This document shows, in pieces, positions 18,448-27,800 of a DNA stretch of 64,000 bases. The position numbers were made by a program, and so were the translations under genes. The notes below the pieces were generated by a model. The model was not told the DNA's origin, made no database searches, and saw only the letters and a list, made by a program, of their open reading frames with translations. Position 1 is the first letter of the stretch. Each line of letters starts with the position of its first letter. Where the stretch lies: assembly GCA_047285805.1 (NCBI GenBank), contig JBJBCN010000002.1, forward strand, positions 1,328,347 to 1,392,346, in the 5' to 3' direction. Source of the stretch: Synechococcus sp. GTDB lineage: Bacteria > Cyanobacteriota > Cyanobacteriia > PCC-6307 > Cyanobiaceae.

Positions 18448-18602
18448 TCCATTTCCAGGTCCAGGACGAAGAGCAACATTTCCCTGTGGGCCAAGGCCGT
18501 CATCCCGACAAACATCGGCACGACCTTCTGCAGAACGCTCGGGTGGTGGGTTGCTGTTGCCGCAATTGCTTTTGCGACCGCCTGGACCTCGGAGCTGATC
18601 AT
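18390..18602 (-). CDS. Hypothetical protein
   Basis: ATGA-coupled to 18599-18940. Confidence 0.4.
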   Translation of the reverse strand: MISSEVQAVAKAIAATATHHPSVLQKVVPMFVGMTALAHREMLLFVLDLEMERLERPPQSPETESTSCSD

Positions 18603-18940
18603 TCATCCAACAGCGCGCTGAGTTGTGCGCACAGCTCCTCCGCCGCGGCCTGTTCCGCGAGCTTTGAGCCGACAAGGCTGTGAACCTCACTGCCGATCGC
18701 TTCTGACCGCCGACGCAGCTGTTCGCAGTGCTGTTGAATCTGGCCGCGATACCGATCTTGTCGAGCAAGAGCAGGTAGCTGCTCACGCCACATCCAATCG
18801 ATGAAGCCGGGGGCAGGGCCTGCCCGCTGCTGGTCGGGATCGTTGTCGCGCTCAGTGATCAAGCGATCCATGGTGGCGCTGTAGTCGCGCCCTTCCAGCT
18901 TCAGCCAACCGAGTTGGGGATGAGATTTAGCGACCCTCAC
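18599..18940 (-). CDS. Hypothetical protein
   Basis: GTGA-coupled to 18937-19341. Confidence 0.6.
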   Translation of the reverse strand: MRVAKSHPQLGWLKLEGRDYSATMDRLITERDNDPDQQRAGPAPGFIDWMWREQLPALARQDRYRGQIQQHCEQLRRRSEAIGSEVHSLVGSKLAEQAAAEELCAQLSALLDE

Positions 18941-19341
18941 TGGCCAAGCCTCCGGTTGCTGTAAGGCTGTACCCCGCGTGCGAATGACTGCTCAACGTGG
19001 TGGCGGCGGGCGGCATTTTGACGACGCAGCCGTTCGGTTTGAGCCTCAAGCGATTTGACCCGCAAAGCCCTGGCCTCCTGGTCTTCCTCCTCCCGGATGT
19101 GAGCGTCAGAGGGGACGCCCAAGTAGGAAGCAAGCTCAGGGTCATGCTTTGCCAGTAGCGATCGCAGGGTCAACGACTTCGCCAGTGCGGCGGTGTCGAA
19201 GGGGCGGCCGTAACCGCGGGGTGGCAGTAGCTCAGCGGCCCCGTCGATCTTTTTGATCCGAGTTTCGATCGCCCGCGCCTGGGTCTCAGCGTGGGTGACG
19301 TTCTGATGGGCCTCCGCGACTTCTTTATTTAGATCAAACAT
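18937..19341 (-). CDS. Hypothetical helical protein
   Basis: 134-aa ATG ORF in a coupled operon. Confidence 0.62.
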   Translation of the reverse strand: MFDLNKEVAEAHQNVTHAETQARAIETRIKKIDGAAELLPPRGYGRPFDTAALAKSLTLRSLLAKHDPELASYLGVPSDAHIREEEDQEARALRVKSLEAQTERLRRQNAARRHHVEQSFARGVQPYSNRRLGQ

Positions 19342-19495
19342 GAGCAGACTTACGGCGCGCTTGGGGATTAGTCAGTGGCGATTCGGGAGCATTTGGCAGG
19401 TCATCATCGATCAGGTGACGCTCAAGCCTTGCCTCATCTTGTAGCTCACGAATTGCTAGCTCACCTAACAATGAGAGCTGTGTTCTGCTCTTCAT
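19334..19495 (-). CDS. Small hypothetical protein (53 aa, absent from the ORF track)
   Basis: MKSRTQLSLLGELAIRELQDEARLERHL...; stop overlaps the start of the next gene by 8 nt. Confidence 0.45.
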   Translation of the reverse strand: MKSRTQLSLLGELAIRELQDEARLERHLIDDDLPNAPESPLTNPQARRKSAHV

Positions 19496-19549
19496 CTTCT
19501 AGGGTCCGTAGATACGAATCTATTCTAGTGACAAAGTTATAATCTAAAT

Positions 19550-19615
19550 GTCGGGAACGCCATCCCTGACTGGTTACCGGTGTGGGCGCGGGAGTCGATC
19601 TCCCGCTTTTTCTTT
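19550..19615 (+). ncRNA. Candidate small RNA (~65 nt)
   Basis: TATAAT at 19538-19543, 5' hairpin, terminator GCGGGAG-5nt-CTCCCGC-T5; no ORF. Confidence 0.45.
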
Positions 19616-19935
19616 GCTAATCTAGTGGCCGAGCAGGGGTCGCCCGCGTTCGCCACATAGGGATAGCAGGTGTTGGCCACTATCCCGCAAAAAGGGGGGC
19701 AGGTATTAACCACCCCCCATTTTTGTTGGCTGTAGACGGCCTAAGACGATTTAACGCAATCGCAGTTACGTCTGTTCTTTCTCAAATCGCTTTCTTCGCA
19801 GCTCGCGGCAGAAGCTGCACATGCAAACAAAGTCGTCACCCTTGGCCCCGTAACCGTTGAGGCCACCAACACCCCAGCGAGTGTGCATCGTCCACCGGAA
19901 CATCACGGCCAGCTCTTCGTCAGAGGGAACCGCCA

Positions 19936-20907
19936 TCAGCCCAACCTCAGCGACGAACTATCCGCAGGATTAGCGGCGACGTAGCCACCAGTCGTCGATG
20001 CCGACGAATGGCCCAGCGTGCACTGCAGCGTGAACACGTCGCACCCCCTGCGAATGGCATGGGTCGCGTGGGTGTGGCGGCACCGGTGCGGATGAAGCCG
20101 GACCCCAGCCTCTTGGCCCCACTTCGCCATTCGACCGGCGACTGCCTGACGGGTCAGGGGGCCGTCCCGACGATCAGAAGGAAACAGCCATTCCTCCGCC
20201 TCGCCGCGGCCGAGCGACTCGAACAGCGCGAGTGTCTCCTTACTTGTACGAACGGTGCGGGCCTTTGATCCCTTCCCAAGCAAATGAATCTGGGCGCCGT
20301 CTTCCAGGGGCTCGATGTCCTGCCAGCGCAAACGGCACAACTCGGTGACGCGACAACCGATCAGGTAGCTGCCTTTGACCATGACGAAGTCGCGCGCGGC
20401 TGTCCCACGGCCCCGGTCGGCGGCCGCGGTCATCGCCTGGGCGATCGTGGCCAGCACCATGCCCAACTCGTCATCGGTCAAAGCCTTGGCGAGCTTGGGA
20501 GCGTGCAGGGTGGCTCGGCGGGGCATTGGGTTTCGGGGAACTCCCGTCACCGCAGAGCGGGTGGGCTCGGAGGCCCAGCGGTACATGGCACTGACGGCAC
20601 TGATGCGGCGGTTGAAACTGCGCGGCTTGAGTTCGTCTGCCGACACCATTTCCCGCAGCGAGGACACCCAGTCATCAACGAGGGCCGGGTCCAACTCCCG
20701 CAGGTGCAGGTGGGGGTGAAGCTCATCTCGCCAGCGAACGAAATGGCGCAGCTCTCGGGCGTAGCCGTTGATGGTCTCCTGGCTCCCGGTGCGGCTGCAC
20801 TGTTCGAGGAAACGCTTCAACAGAAGGTCGTCTCCCCACAGGGTGGCCCCTGCCGTGGCGGCGTCGAACAGACGCGAGACGTAGGCCAAAGCCTCCGCCT
20901 TATCCAT
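19936..20907 (-). CDS. Xer-like tyrosine recombinase, copy 2 (intact motifs)
   Basis: GCRVTEL, HPHRCRH, LGHSS, TTGGY; start set by identity to copy 1. Confidence 0.9.
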   Translation of the reverse strand: MDKAEALAYVSRLFDAATAGATLWGDDLLLKRFLEQCSRTGSQETINGYARELRHFVRWRDELHPHLHLRELDPALVDDWVSSLREMVSADELKPRSFNRRISAVSAMYRWASEPTRSAVTGVPRNPMPRRATLHAPKLAKALTDDELGMVLATIAQAMTAAADRGRGTAARDFVMVKGSYLIGCRVTELCRLRWQDIEPLEDGAQIHLLGKGSKARTVRTSKETLALFESLGRGEAEEWLFPSDRRDGPLTRQAVAGRMAKWGQEAGVRLHPHRCRHTHATHAIRRGCDVFTLQCTLGHSSASTTGGYVAANPADSSSLRLG

Positions 20908-20927
20908 GCCGCTTAAGACCGGCGGGA

Positions 20928-20951
20928 TTTTGTCGGAAGTTTTGTCGGAAA
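20928..20951 (+). repeat. Tandem 12-bp repeat TTTTGTCGGAAG/TTTTGTCGGAAA, right arm site of E3
   Basis: Ends 54 nt before the att core; core matches 11811-11838. Confidence 0.75.
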
Positions 20952-21005
20952 GCGATTTTCGAGGATCTGGCGTAATACCAAGATCCCCTGCACTGGAATG
21001 ATTTG

Positions 21006-21276
21006 AAGGGGCCTTCCAGCCCCCACGGATCATTTGGTTGATAAGGCTGATCTAACCCCATCTCCCTTAATTAGGGTCAGGCGGCCACAGGGGCGGTCTG
21101 ACGGGAGAAACGAACGATGTTGTTCGCTGTTACGGGTTCGCTCTAACCGAGCAGGCTTCAGTCACCCTCCTCATGCCCCGTCGAAACCATTGCAGCCCCT
21201 TGGAATGGAGCTGAGCGGAATCGAACCGCTGTCCGAAACACTGGTGTGAGCCACCTAGTCCGATCAAGACCGGACT
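21006..21276 (-). ncRNA. ssrA: Two-piece (circularly permuted) tmRNA; outer ends approximate
   Basis: Acceptor piece ...GGTTCGATTCCGCTCAGCTCCA ends at 21206, 6-nt spacer, coding piece starts GGGGCTG at 21199 (G3:U70 pair); tag ANNIVRFSRQTAPVAA* at 21127-21077. Confidence 0.95.
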
Positions 21277-21352
21277 TCTTCATTGTGCAGGGTGAACGCA
21301 CAATGAGAGAGGCCGCCCGATGGACGGGTGACCGACCGCGTTCATCAATGAC

Positions 21353-22522
21353 ATGACAGAGGCCTGGCGCCAGCAGTCCCATCGCCGCAGCGGCCTCATC
21401 CAAGGGATTGCGGTGCTCCCCCAGGGCCTGGAGGAGATTGGCGCTGACGAGCTCATCAAGCTGGGGGCCAAACAGGTGCAACCCCTCCGGCGCGCCGCGG
21501 CCTTCGAAGCCGACATGGCCTGCCTCTATCGGCTCCATCTGCAAAGCCGCTACCCCTTCCGCTTCCTTCGGGAAATGGCGCGGTTCCCCTGCCATGACCG
21601 CGAGTCCCTCTACTTCGGCATCCAGAATTCCCTCGACTGGCAGCGTTGGCTGCACCCCTCCATGAGCTTCCGTGTGGATGTCAGCGGAAGCAACCCGGGG
21701 CTCAGCCATAGCCACTACACGGCCCTACAGGTCAAAAACGCCGTGGTCGACCTGCAGCGGGATCTCTGGGGGGAGCGATCCTCCATCGATATCGAGGAAC
21801 CGGATCTCTCCCTCCATGTCCACCTCAACCGCCAGGAAGCCCTGCTCAGCCTGGATGGCTCCGGGGGCAGCCTGCATCGCCGGGGCTACCGCAGCGCCAT
21901 GGGCCTGGCCCCCCTCAAGGAAAACCTGGCTGCCGGTTTGGTTCGCCTCAGTGGCTGGGATGGGACCACTCCCCTGGTAGACCCCCTCTGCGGCTCGGGC
22001 ACGCTCTTGATCGAAGCCGCCAGCTGGGCCATCTCCCAAGCTCCCGGCCTGCATCGCCCCTTTGCCCTCGAGGGCTGGGCCGACTTCAACGCCGAGCTCT
22101 GGGAGGAGGAACAACGACGGGCCCAGGCCCGGGAGCAACCGCTCAGCACCCTGCCCGTGCTGCTGGGCTGCGAACAGAACCCGAGCGTCGCCGATCAAGC
22201 CCGCCACAACGTCCAGGCCGCCAGCCTGGGCGACGCGATCACGATCCAAACCGGTGACTTCCGCACGCTGGAGCTACCCAGCGGCCCCGGGGTCCTGGTC
22301 TGCAACCCGCCTTATGGCGAGCGGATTGGCGAACGGGAGGAACTCGAACAGCTCTACGCCGATCTGGGGGCCATGGTGAAAGAGCTCTGCAGCGGCTGGA
22401 GCCTCTGGCTACTGAGCGGAAACCCTGAGCTCACCGGAGCCCTGCGGATGAAAGCCAGCCGGCGCATTCCCGTAAGCAATGGCGGCATCGATTGCCGCTG
22501 GCTCCACTACGAGATTCGTTAG
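21353..22522 (+). CDS. THUMP-domain class I SAM-dependent RNA methyltransferase (RlmL-like)
   Basis: SLHRRGYR, APLKENLAA, DPLCGSGT, NPPYG. Confidence 0.9.
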   Translation: MTEAWRQQSHRRSGLIQGIAVLPQGLEEIGADELIKLGAKQVQPLRRAAAFEADMACLYRLHLQSRYPFRFLREMARFPCHDRESLYFGIQNSLDWQRWLHPSMSFRVDVSGSNPGLSHSHYTALQVKNAVVDLQRDLWGERSSIDIEEPDLSLHVHLNRQEALLSLDGSGGSLHRRGYRSAMGLAPLKENLAAGLVRLSGWDGTTPLVDPLCGSGTLLIEAASWAISQAPGLHRPFALEGWADFNAELWEEEQRRAQAREQPLSTLPVLLGCEQNPSVADQARHNVQAASLGDAITIQTGDFRTLELPSGPGVLVCNPPYGERIGEREELEQLYADLGAMVKELCSGWSLWLLSGNPELTGALRMKASRRIPVSNGGIDCRWLHYEIR

Positions 22523-22526
22523 CACC

Positions 22527-23852
22527 ATGGGCCATTTGCTGGCGAGTACCCAGGGACTCATGAGCGTCCCGCTTGAGATGCAACTGCTGTTTATCGGCGC
22601 GGTTTATCTCGGGACGTTGATCATCAGTCGCTTCTCCATTCGGATGGGTCTTCCCGCCGTGCTGGGCGTCCTGCTCTTAGGGCTCCTGATCAATCTCCAG
22701 GTCTTGGATGTGCATCCCTCGGAGGTGGAGCGCCTCCAGACCTTCTCCCTGGCCCTGCTGCTCTTTTATGCCGGCCTCAAAACAGACATCCAAGCGATTC
22801 GGGGCTTCCTGAAGTACGGACTCGTCCTCGCCATTGCCGGGGTCGCCATCTCGACCCTGGTGCTGGGGGCCGTCATCGTCTGGCTGACGTCCCAAAGCGG
22901 CAGTGCTATCACCCCAGGACTCGGTAACGCCATCCCCCTTGGGGCAGCGCTTTTGGTGGCGGCCTGCCTGGGGTCTACGGATGCCGGCGCAACCCTCGGG
23001 GTGCTGCGCCAGGTCAAACGCCATGTTCCTCAAAAAGTGCAGGACCTGCTGGAATTCGAATCCTCGGTGAATGACCCTTCGGCTCTGATTCTGTTCAGCG
23101 TTGCCGCCAGTCTCTTCACCGTTGGCGCGCAAGGACAAGCCCTCCCTGATGTCGTCATCGGAGCCTTCTCGAGCCTGCTGCAAAAAACGGGCTCAGGCGT
23201 CTTGGTGGGCCTGGGCTTTGGCTACATCGCCCGCTTGATGATTAACCGCTTAGTGGTCGACCGCGAGCAACTACTGATCGTGGCGATCTCCATCGCCTTT
23301 ATGGATTACGGCTGCACCCAAATTCTCGGCGGATCTGGCTTTGTCGCGGTTTACATCACTGGTCTTTTGATGACCAACGAGCACTACAACAGACCTGAGA
23401 TCAATCACCAAAGCATCCAAGACGTGTTGCTGCCGTTCAACACGATGACGGAGATCAGCATCTTCTTCATTTTTGGTTTGCTGGTGAACCCGAATCAGCT
23501 GCTCCCGGCCCTGCCCACCGGCCTGGCTACCGCTGCGGTCCTGATGCTCCTCGCCCGCCCCTTGAGCGTCCTGATCTTTCAACGGCTATCGCCCTTCAGC
23601 CTCAAGGAGTCCCTCTTAATTGCCTGGTGCGGCCTCCGCGGTGCGGTGCCCTTGGCGCTCTCCTTCAACGTCATGGCGGCCATCCCGATGCTGCGGGGGG
23701 TGCCCAGCGATACAAGTGCCAACTTTCTGGCTCAGAACTGCCAGGCCATCGTCTTCATCACGGTGATGATCAACCTCAGCCTGCAGGGCATCTCCCTACC
23801 CAGCCTCTGCCGCTGGCTCAGCGACCGACCAACGCCCGGGTCGTCTTCATAA
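22527..23852 (+). CDS. CPA1/NhaP-type cation:proton antiporter (start may be 22560)
   Basis: Many TM segments; STDA, FESSVND, GLRGAVPLAL. Confidence 0.88.
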   Translation: MGHLLASTQGLMSVPLEMQLLFIGAVYLGTLIISRFSIRMGLPAVLGVLLLGLLINLQVLDVHPSEVERLQTFSLALLLFYAGLKTDIQAIRGFLKYGLVLAIAGVAISTLVLGAVIVWLTSQSGSAITPGLGNAIPLGAALLVAACLGSTDAGATLGVLRQVKRHVPQKVQDLLEFESSVNDPSALILFSVAASLFTVGAQGQALPDVVIGAFSSLLQKTGSGVLVGLGFGYIARLMINRLVVDREQLLIVAISIAFMDYGCTQILGGSGFVAVYITGLLMTNEHYNRPEINHQSIQDVLLPFNTMTEISIFFIFGLLVNPNQLLPALPTGLATAAVLMLLARPLSVLIFQRLSPFSLKESLLIAWCGLRGAVPLALSFNVMAAIPMLRGVPSDTSANFLAQNCQAIVFITVMINLSLQGISLPSLCRWLSDRPTPGSSS

Positions 23853-24228
23853 GGCCCGCGAACGTTTCCGGCAGGTAGGGCCCTTTGGTCAACAGACCTC
23901 CGATTCGAAGGAAGAGGCCGCTCAAGAGAAGGTTCACGCCCATCACCCCAAGGGCGGCGTGGATCCAGCTCCAACCCCAGCCCTGATTCAGCCCGACCAG
24001 GAGCGCCACATCGGCCGCCAACCAGGCCATCAGGAGAGCGGAGAAACCCGCCATCAGCAGTACCACGCCGCCGATAAGGCGCCGCTTCTCCCGATCGGCC
24101 TCCTTCAGGGCAATGCGGACATGCAGGTCCATCACCGAGGCGACCAGACCGGTAATCCGAGACGCCGCCTTCAGGGGAACCCCACGCCGAGGAGCATCTT
24201 GCTGAGGAGAAGAGTCGGAGCTGGTCAT
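23818..24228 (-). CDS. YqjE/phage-holin-family membrane protein
   Basis: Two TM helices after HVRIALKEADRE; coupled to the upstream gene. Confidence 0.7.
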   Translation of the reverse strand: MTSSDSSPQQDAPRRGVPLKAASRITGLVASVMDLHVRIALKEADREKRRLIGGVVLLMAGFSALLMAWLAADVALLVGLNQGWGWSWIHAALGVMGVNLLLSGLFLRIGGLLTKGPYLPETFAGLMKTTRALVGR

Positions 24229-24731
24229 GACGAACGGCGGCCGGAGAGCATCAGACCCAACAACAGACCCACTCCAGCAGCCAAACCCAAGGCCATCAAG
24301 GGGCGTTCCCGCACGGGCTTCTCAATACGCGGCCGCAAAGTCGTGTTGAGGTCGTCCAGCAACTGCTCGAGCTGCTCCTCCAGGGGCCGCAGGGAATCCG
24401 CCCATTGCTGGGCCTGGTCCTCGCCGAGGGTCAGCAGATCCAAAAGCTGATCCTTGACCCCCTCGCTGGTGCGTCCGGTCTGGCGAGCGATCACCTCAAC
24501 CACATTGTCCAAACTGCCGCGGGTGGCCTCCAGGGTGTGGCGAGCCACCTCGGGCCACTGCCGCTGGATCGTCGGCAGAAACTGCTCAAAGTGCTCGCGG
24601 AACAGGGTCGCGACCGGGGAGACGGGCTCGGTCTCAGGCGGCTCGTCCAGTTCCTGCTCGATCTTGTCCTGCCAGGGCTGCTCCGGCGTGGGCTCCTTGG
24701 GGACACCTTTGCTGGTCGTGCCTAAGTCCAT
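24225..24731 (-). CDS. YqjD/ElaB-like tail-anchored protein
   Basis: C-terminal VRERPLMALGLAAGVGLLLG...RR. Confidence 0.72.
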   Translation of the reverse strand: MDLGTTSKGVPKEPTPEQPWQDKIEQELDEPPETEPVSPVATLFREHFEQFLPTIQRQWPEVARHTLEATRGSLDNVVEVIARQTGRTSEGVKDQLLDLLTLGEDQAQQWADSLRPLEEQLEQLLDDLNTTLRPRIEKPVRERPLMALGLAAGVGLLLGLMLSGRRSS

Positions 24732-24822
24732 GGGGCCGTGGGACAGCTAACACACCGTAATGACCATGCCTTGAAATCGACAGCGGGTCGGCTACCTTTC
24801 TGGTGCTCGACGCTCGGGCCTG

Positions 24823-27800
24823 TTGGTTCACATCAATCAGGTAGAGCTGACCCACTTCAAGTCCTTTGGAGGATCGGTGTCGATCCCACTGGACGAAGGC
24901 TTTACGGTAGTCACCGGCCCCAATGGCTCCGGCAAAAGCAACATCCTTGACGGGGTTCTTTTTTGTCTGGGCCTCGCCAGCAGCCGCGGGATGCGGGCTG
25001 ATCGACTCCCCGACCTCGTCAACAGCTCCAAGCTGAAGCAGGGCAAGGCCGCCGAAACGGTGGTCTCCGTTCGCTTTGACCTCAGCGAGTGGCAGCCCGA
25101 TGAGGCTGAACAGGGCCTGGAGGCCCCCGAAGAGGGGCCCTGGATCAAACCCGGGCAAACCGAGTGGACCGTGACCCGTCGGCTGCGCATCGCCCCGGGC
25201 GGCACCTACGCCAGCACGTACAGCGCCGACGGAGTCCCCTGCAACCTCCAGCAGCTCCAAACCCAGCTCCGGCGCCTGCGGGTGGACCCCGAAGGCAGCA
25301 ACGTTGTCATGCAGGGCGACGTTACCCGCATTGTCTCGATGAGTTCCCGGGACCGCCGCGGAATCATCGACGAATTGGCCGGGGTGGCGCTCTTTGACTC
25401 CCGGATCGAGCAGACCCGCTCCAAACTCTCCGACGTCCAAGACCGGGAGGAGCGCTGCGCCATCGTCCAGCAGGAACTTCTGGTCTCCCGCCAGAAGCTT
25501 GAGCGGGACTGCGCCAAGGCGCGCACCTATCAGGAGCTGCGGGACCGCTTCCAGCGAGGCCGGCTCCAGGAGCAAGTGCTGGGCTTCGAACAGGCCGAGA
25601 GCCAGTTCAAGCAGCTGCAAAGCCGTCAGGAAGCGCTGAAACACCAGCAGGACAGCGAGCGCCAAAGCGTCATCGAAGGCAGGACCGCCCTCGAAAGTGC
25701 CGCCACGGCCCTCGAGGCGCTGCAAGCCGAGGTCAAGGCCCTCGGGGAAGACCAGTTACTGGCGGTTCAATCTGAGCTGGCGGGACTCGAGGCCAGCTCC
25801 CGGGAACTCAGCCGCCAGGCCGAGAAGCACCAGCAGGGCGCCGAAGAGCTGCAGCGCCAACGGATGGAGCTGGGGCGTCATCAGGCCGACCTCAAGCAAC
25901 AGCAGAGCCAGCTGAACAGCGCCGACGACCAAGCCAGCCTCGAGCAGGCCGAAGCCAATTGCCGCGGCGCAGAAGCCGCCGTCGAACTCTCCCGCCGGCG
26001 CCTCGGGGAAGTGGCCGGCCGCAGCGGCAGCTGGCTCGAAGAACAAAAAAAGCGCAGCCGCCAACGCCAGGACATCCAGTCCAAGCTCTCCCCGCTGCAG
26101 GCCGAGCAACAGCAACTCGTCGAGCGCCTGCGTCAGGAGGAGGAGCGCCTGGGCGAACTCCAGGAGCAACTCCAGCAGGACTCCGCCAGCAGCGATGGGG
26201 TCTCCAGCTCCTTGACCGCGCTCGCGAAAGAGTGGCAACAGCTCCTCGACGACCTCAAAGCCCAGCAGACCCGCGCCCAGGAGATCGCCGAAGCCCTCGC
26301 CCTCCAGCAGCGCACCCGCCAGCGGCTCGAACAGGAGCAGGTCAGCCTGGAGAGGGAGATCGCCCGGATGGAATCCCGGCGCGAAACCATCCAGGAAAGC
26401 CGCGGGACAGGGGCTCTGCGCCTGCTGCTGGAGGCCGGACTCGAGGGCATCCATGGTCCCGTCGCCCAACTCGGCGACGTGGAAGAAGCCCATCGCCTGG
26501 CCCTCGAAGTGGCCGCAGGGGCCCGCCTCGGCCAGGTCGTGGTCGATGACGACCGCATTGCGGCCCGGGCGATCGATCTGCTCAAAAGCCGCAGGGCCGG
26601 ACGGCTGACCTTCCTGCCCCTCAACAAGATCCGCGGCGGCGGGGCTGCGATGCGCAATGGCGCCGCGTTCGAGCGAGGCGGTAGTGCCGTGGGCGGTGAC
26701 GGTCTGGTGGGCCGCGCCGTGGAGCTGGTGCGCTTCGAACCCGTCTATGGCGAGGTCTTCCGCTACGTCTTCGGCGACACCCTGGTCTTCCGGGATCTCG
26801 CCAGCGCCCGCCGCGAACTGGGCCGCTGCCGCGCCGTCACCCTCGATGGCGAACTGCTCGAGAAGAGCGGGGCCATGACCGGAGGCAGCTTCCAGCAGCG
26901 GGGCAACCAACTGAGCTTTGGCGCGGCCAGCGACGCCGATGAAGCCGAGCCCCTGCGCCGGCGCCTGCTGGAGCTCGGTGAAACCCTGCTGGCCTGTAAG
27001 CGCAAAGAGTCCGATCTCGGACGGGCCCTCGAGGAACTGCGCCCGCAGCTCAGCCGCCTCGAGCAGCGCAAAGCCGCCCTTGAGGCCGAACGCATGGCCG
27101 CCCAACGGTCCCATGGCCCCCTGCAGGAGCGGCGCGATCAGCTGACGACACGGATCAAGCAGATCGAGACCGACCTCAGCGGCGGTCAGCAGCGGCTGCA
27201 AACCATCGCCACGGAACTCAGCCCGCTGCAACAGTCCCTGCAGGAACTGGAAGCCAGCGAAACCAGCGCCCAGGCCAGCGGCGACAGCGAGCGTTGGCAG
27301 GGACTCCAGCAGGAACTCGAAGTCGCCGACGCCGCCCTGACCAAGGCCAGGCAGGAACGGGACAACTTGCTAGCCGCCCGCCGTGAGAGGGGACTGGCCG
27401 CGGAGCGGGTCAGCAGCCAACTGCAGGCCCTCGGTGGCGAAGAACAGCGACTAGCCCAAGCCGTGAACGCCCTGATCGCCGAGCGCAGCCAATGGAAGGA
27501 GCAACACCAGGCCGACCAGCAGAAGCGCAGCGAACTCGAGACCAAACAACAGGAGCTGCAAACCCGCTTCGGTGAACGGCGCCGCGCCCGCGATGAAGCC
27601 GAGGCCCAACTCGCCAAGCAGCGCCAGGGCCTGCAGCAGCAGGAGTGGGAACTACAGCGCCTCGGCGAAGAACTCCTGGCCCTGGCCGAGGAGGAGCGCA
27701 GCAGCGGCGCTCGGCTCGAGCAGCTGCAGCTGGAGCTTCCCGATCCCCTGCCAGAGATTCCCGACGAGGTGCGCGAGAACGGCCTAGAAGCCCTTCAGGC

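Larger units (their letters stand above)
11660..21043. mobile_element. Element E3, phage-satellite/tycheposon-like element (9346 bp att-to-att)
   Basis: att-flanked; integrase, xis-like gene, Prim-Pol/VirE replicase, TerS-like gene, Xer-like recombinase. Confidence 0.87.

Noticed and set aside
20908..21033. 42-aa extension of recombinase copy 2
   Set aside because: Overlaps the tmRNA end and att; absent from copy 1
11660..21043. Complete prophage
   Set aside because: No recognisable capsid, portal, large terminase, tail or lysis genes; only ~9 kb
23818..24228. Holin as evidence of a phage
   Set aside because: Outside the att boundaries, in core context with a YqjD-like partner next to smc
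24634..27231. Long antisense ORFs opposite smc (similar ones opposite the S9 peptidase and mtnA)
   Set aside because: Shadow frames expected from high-GC codon bias on well-supported genes
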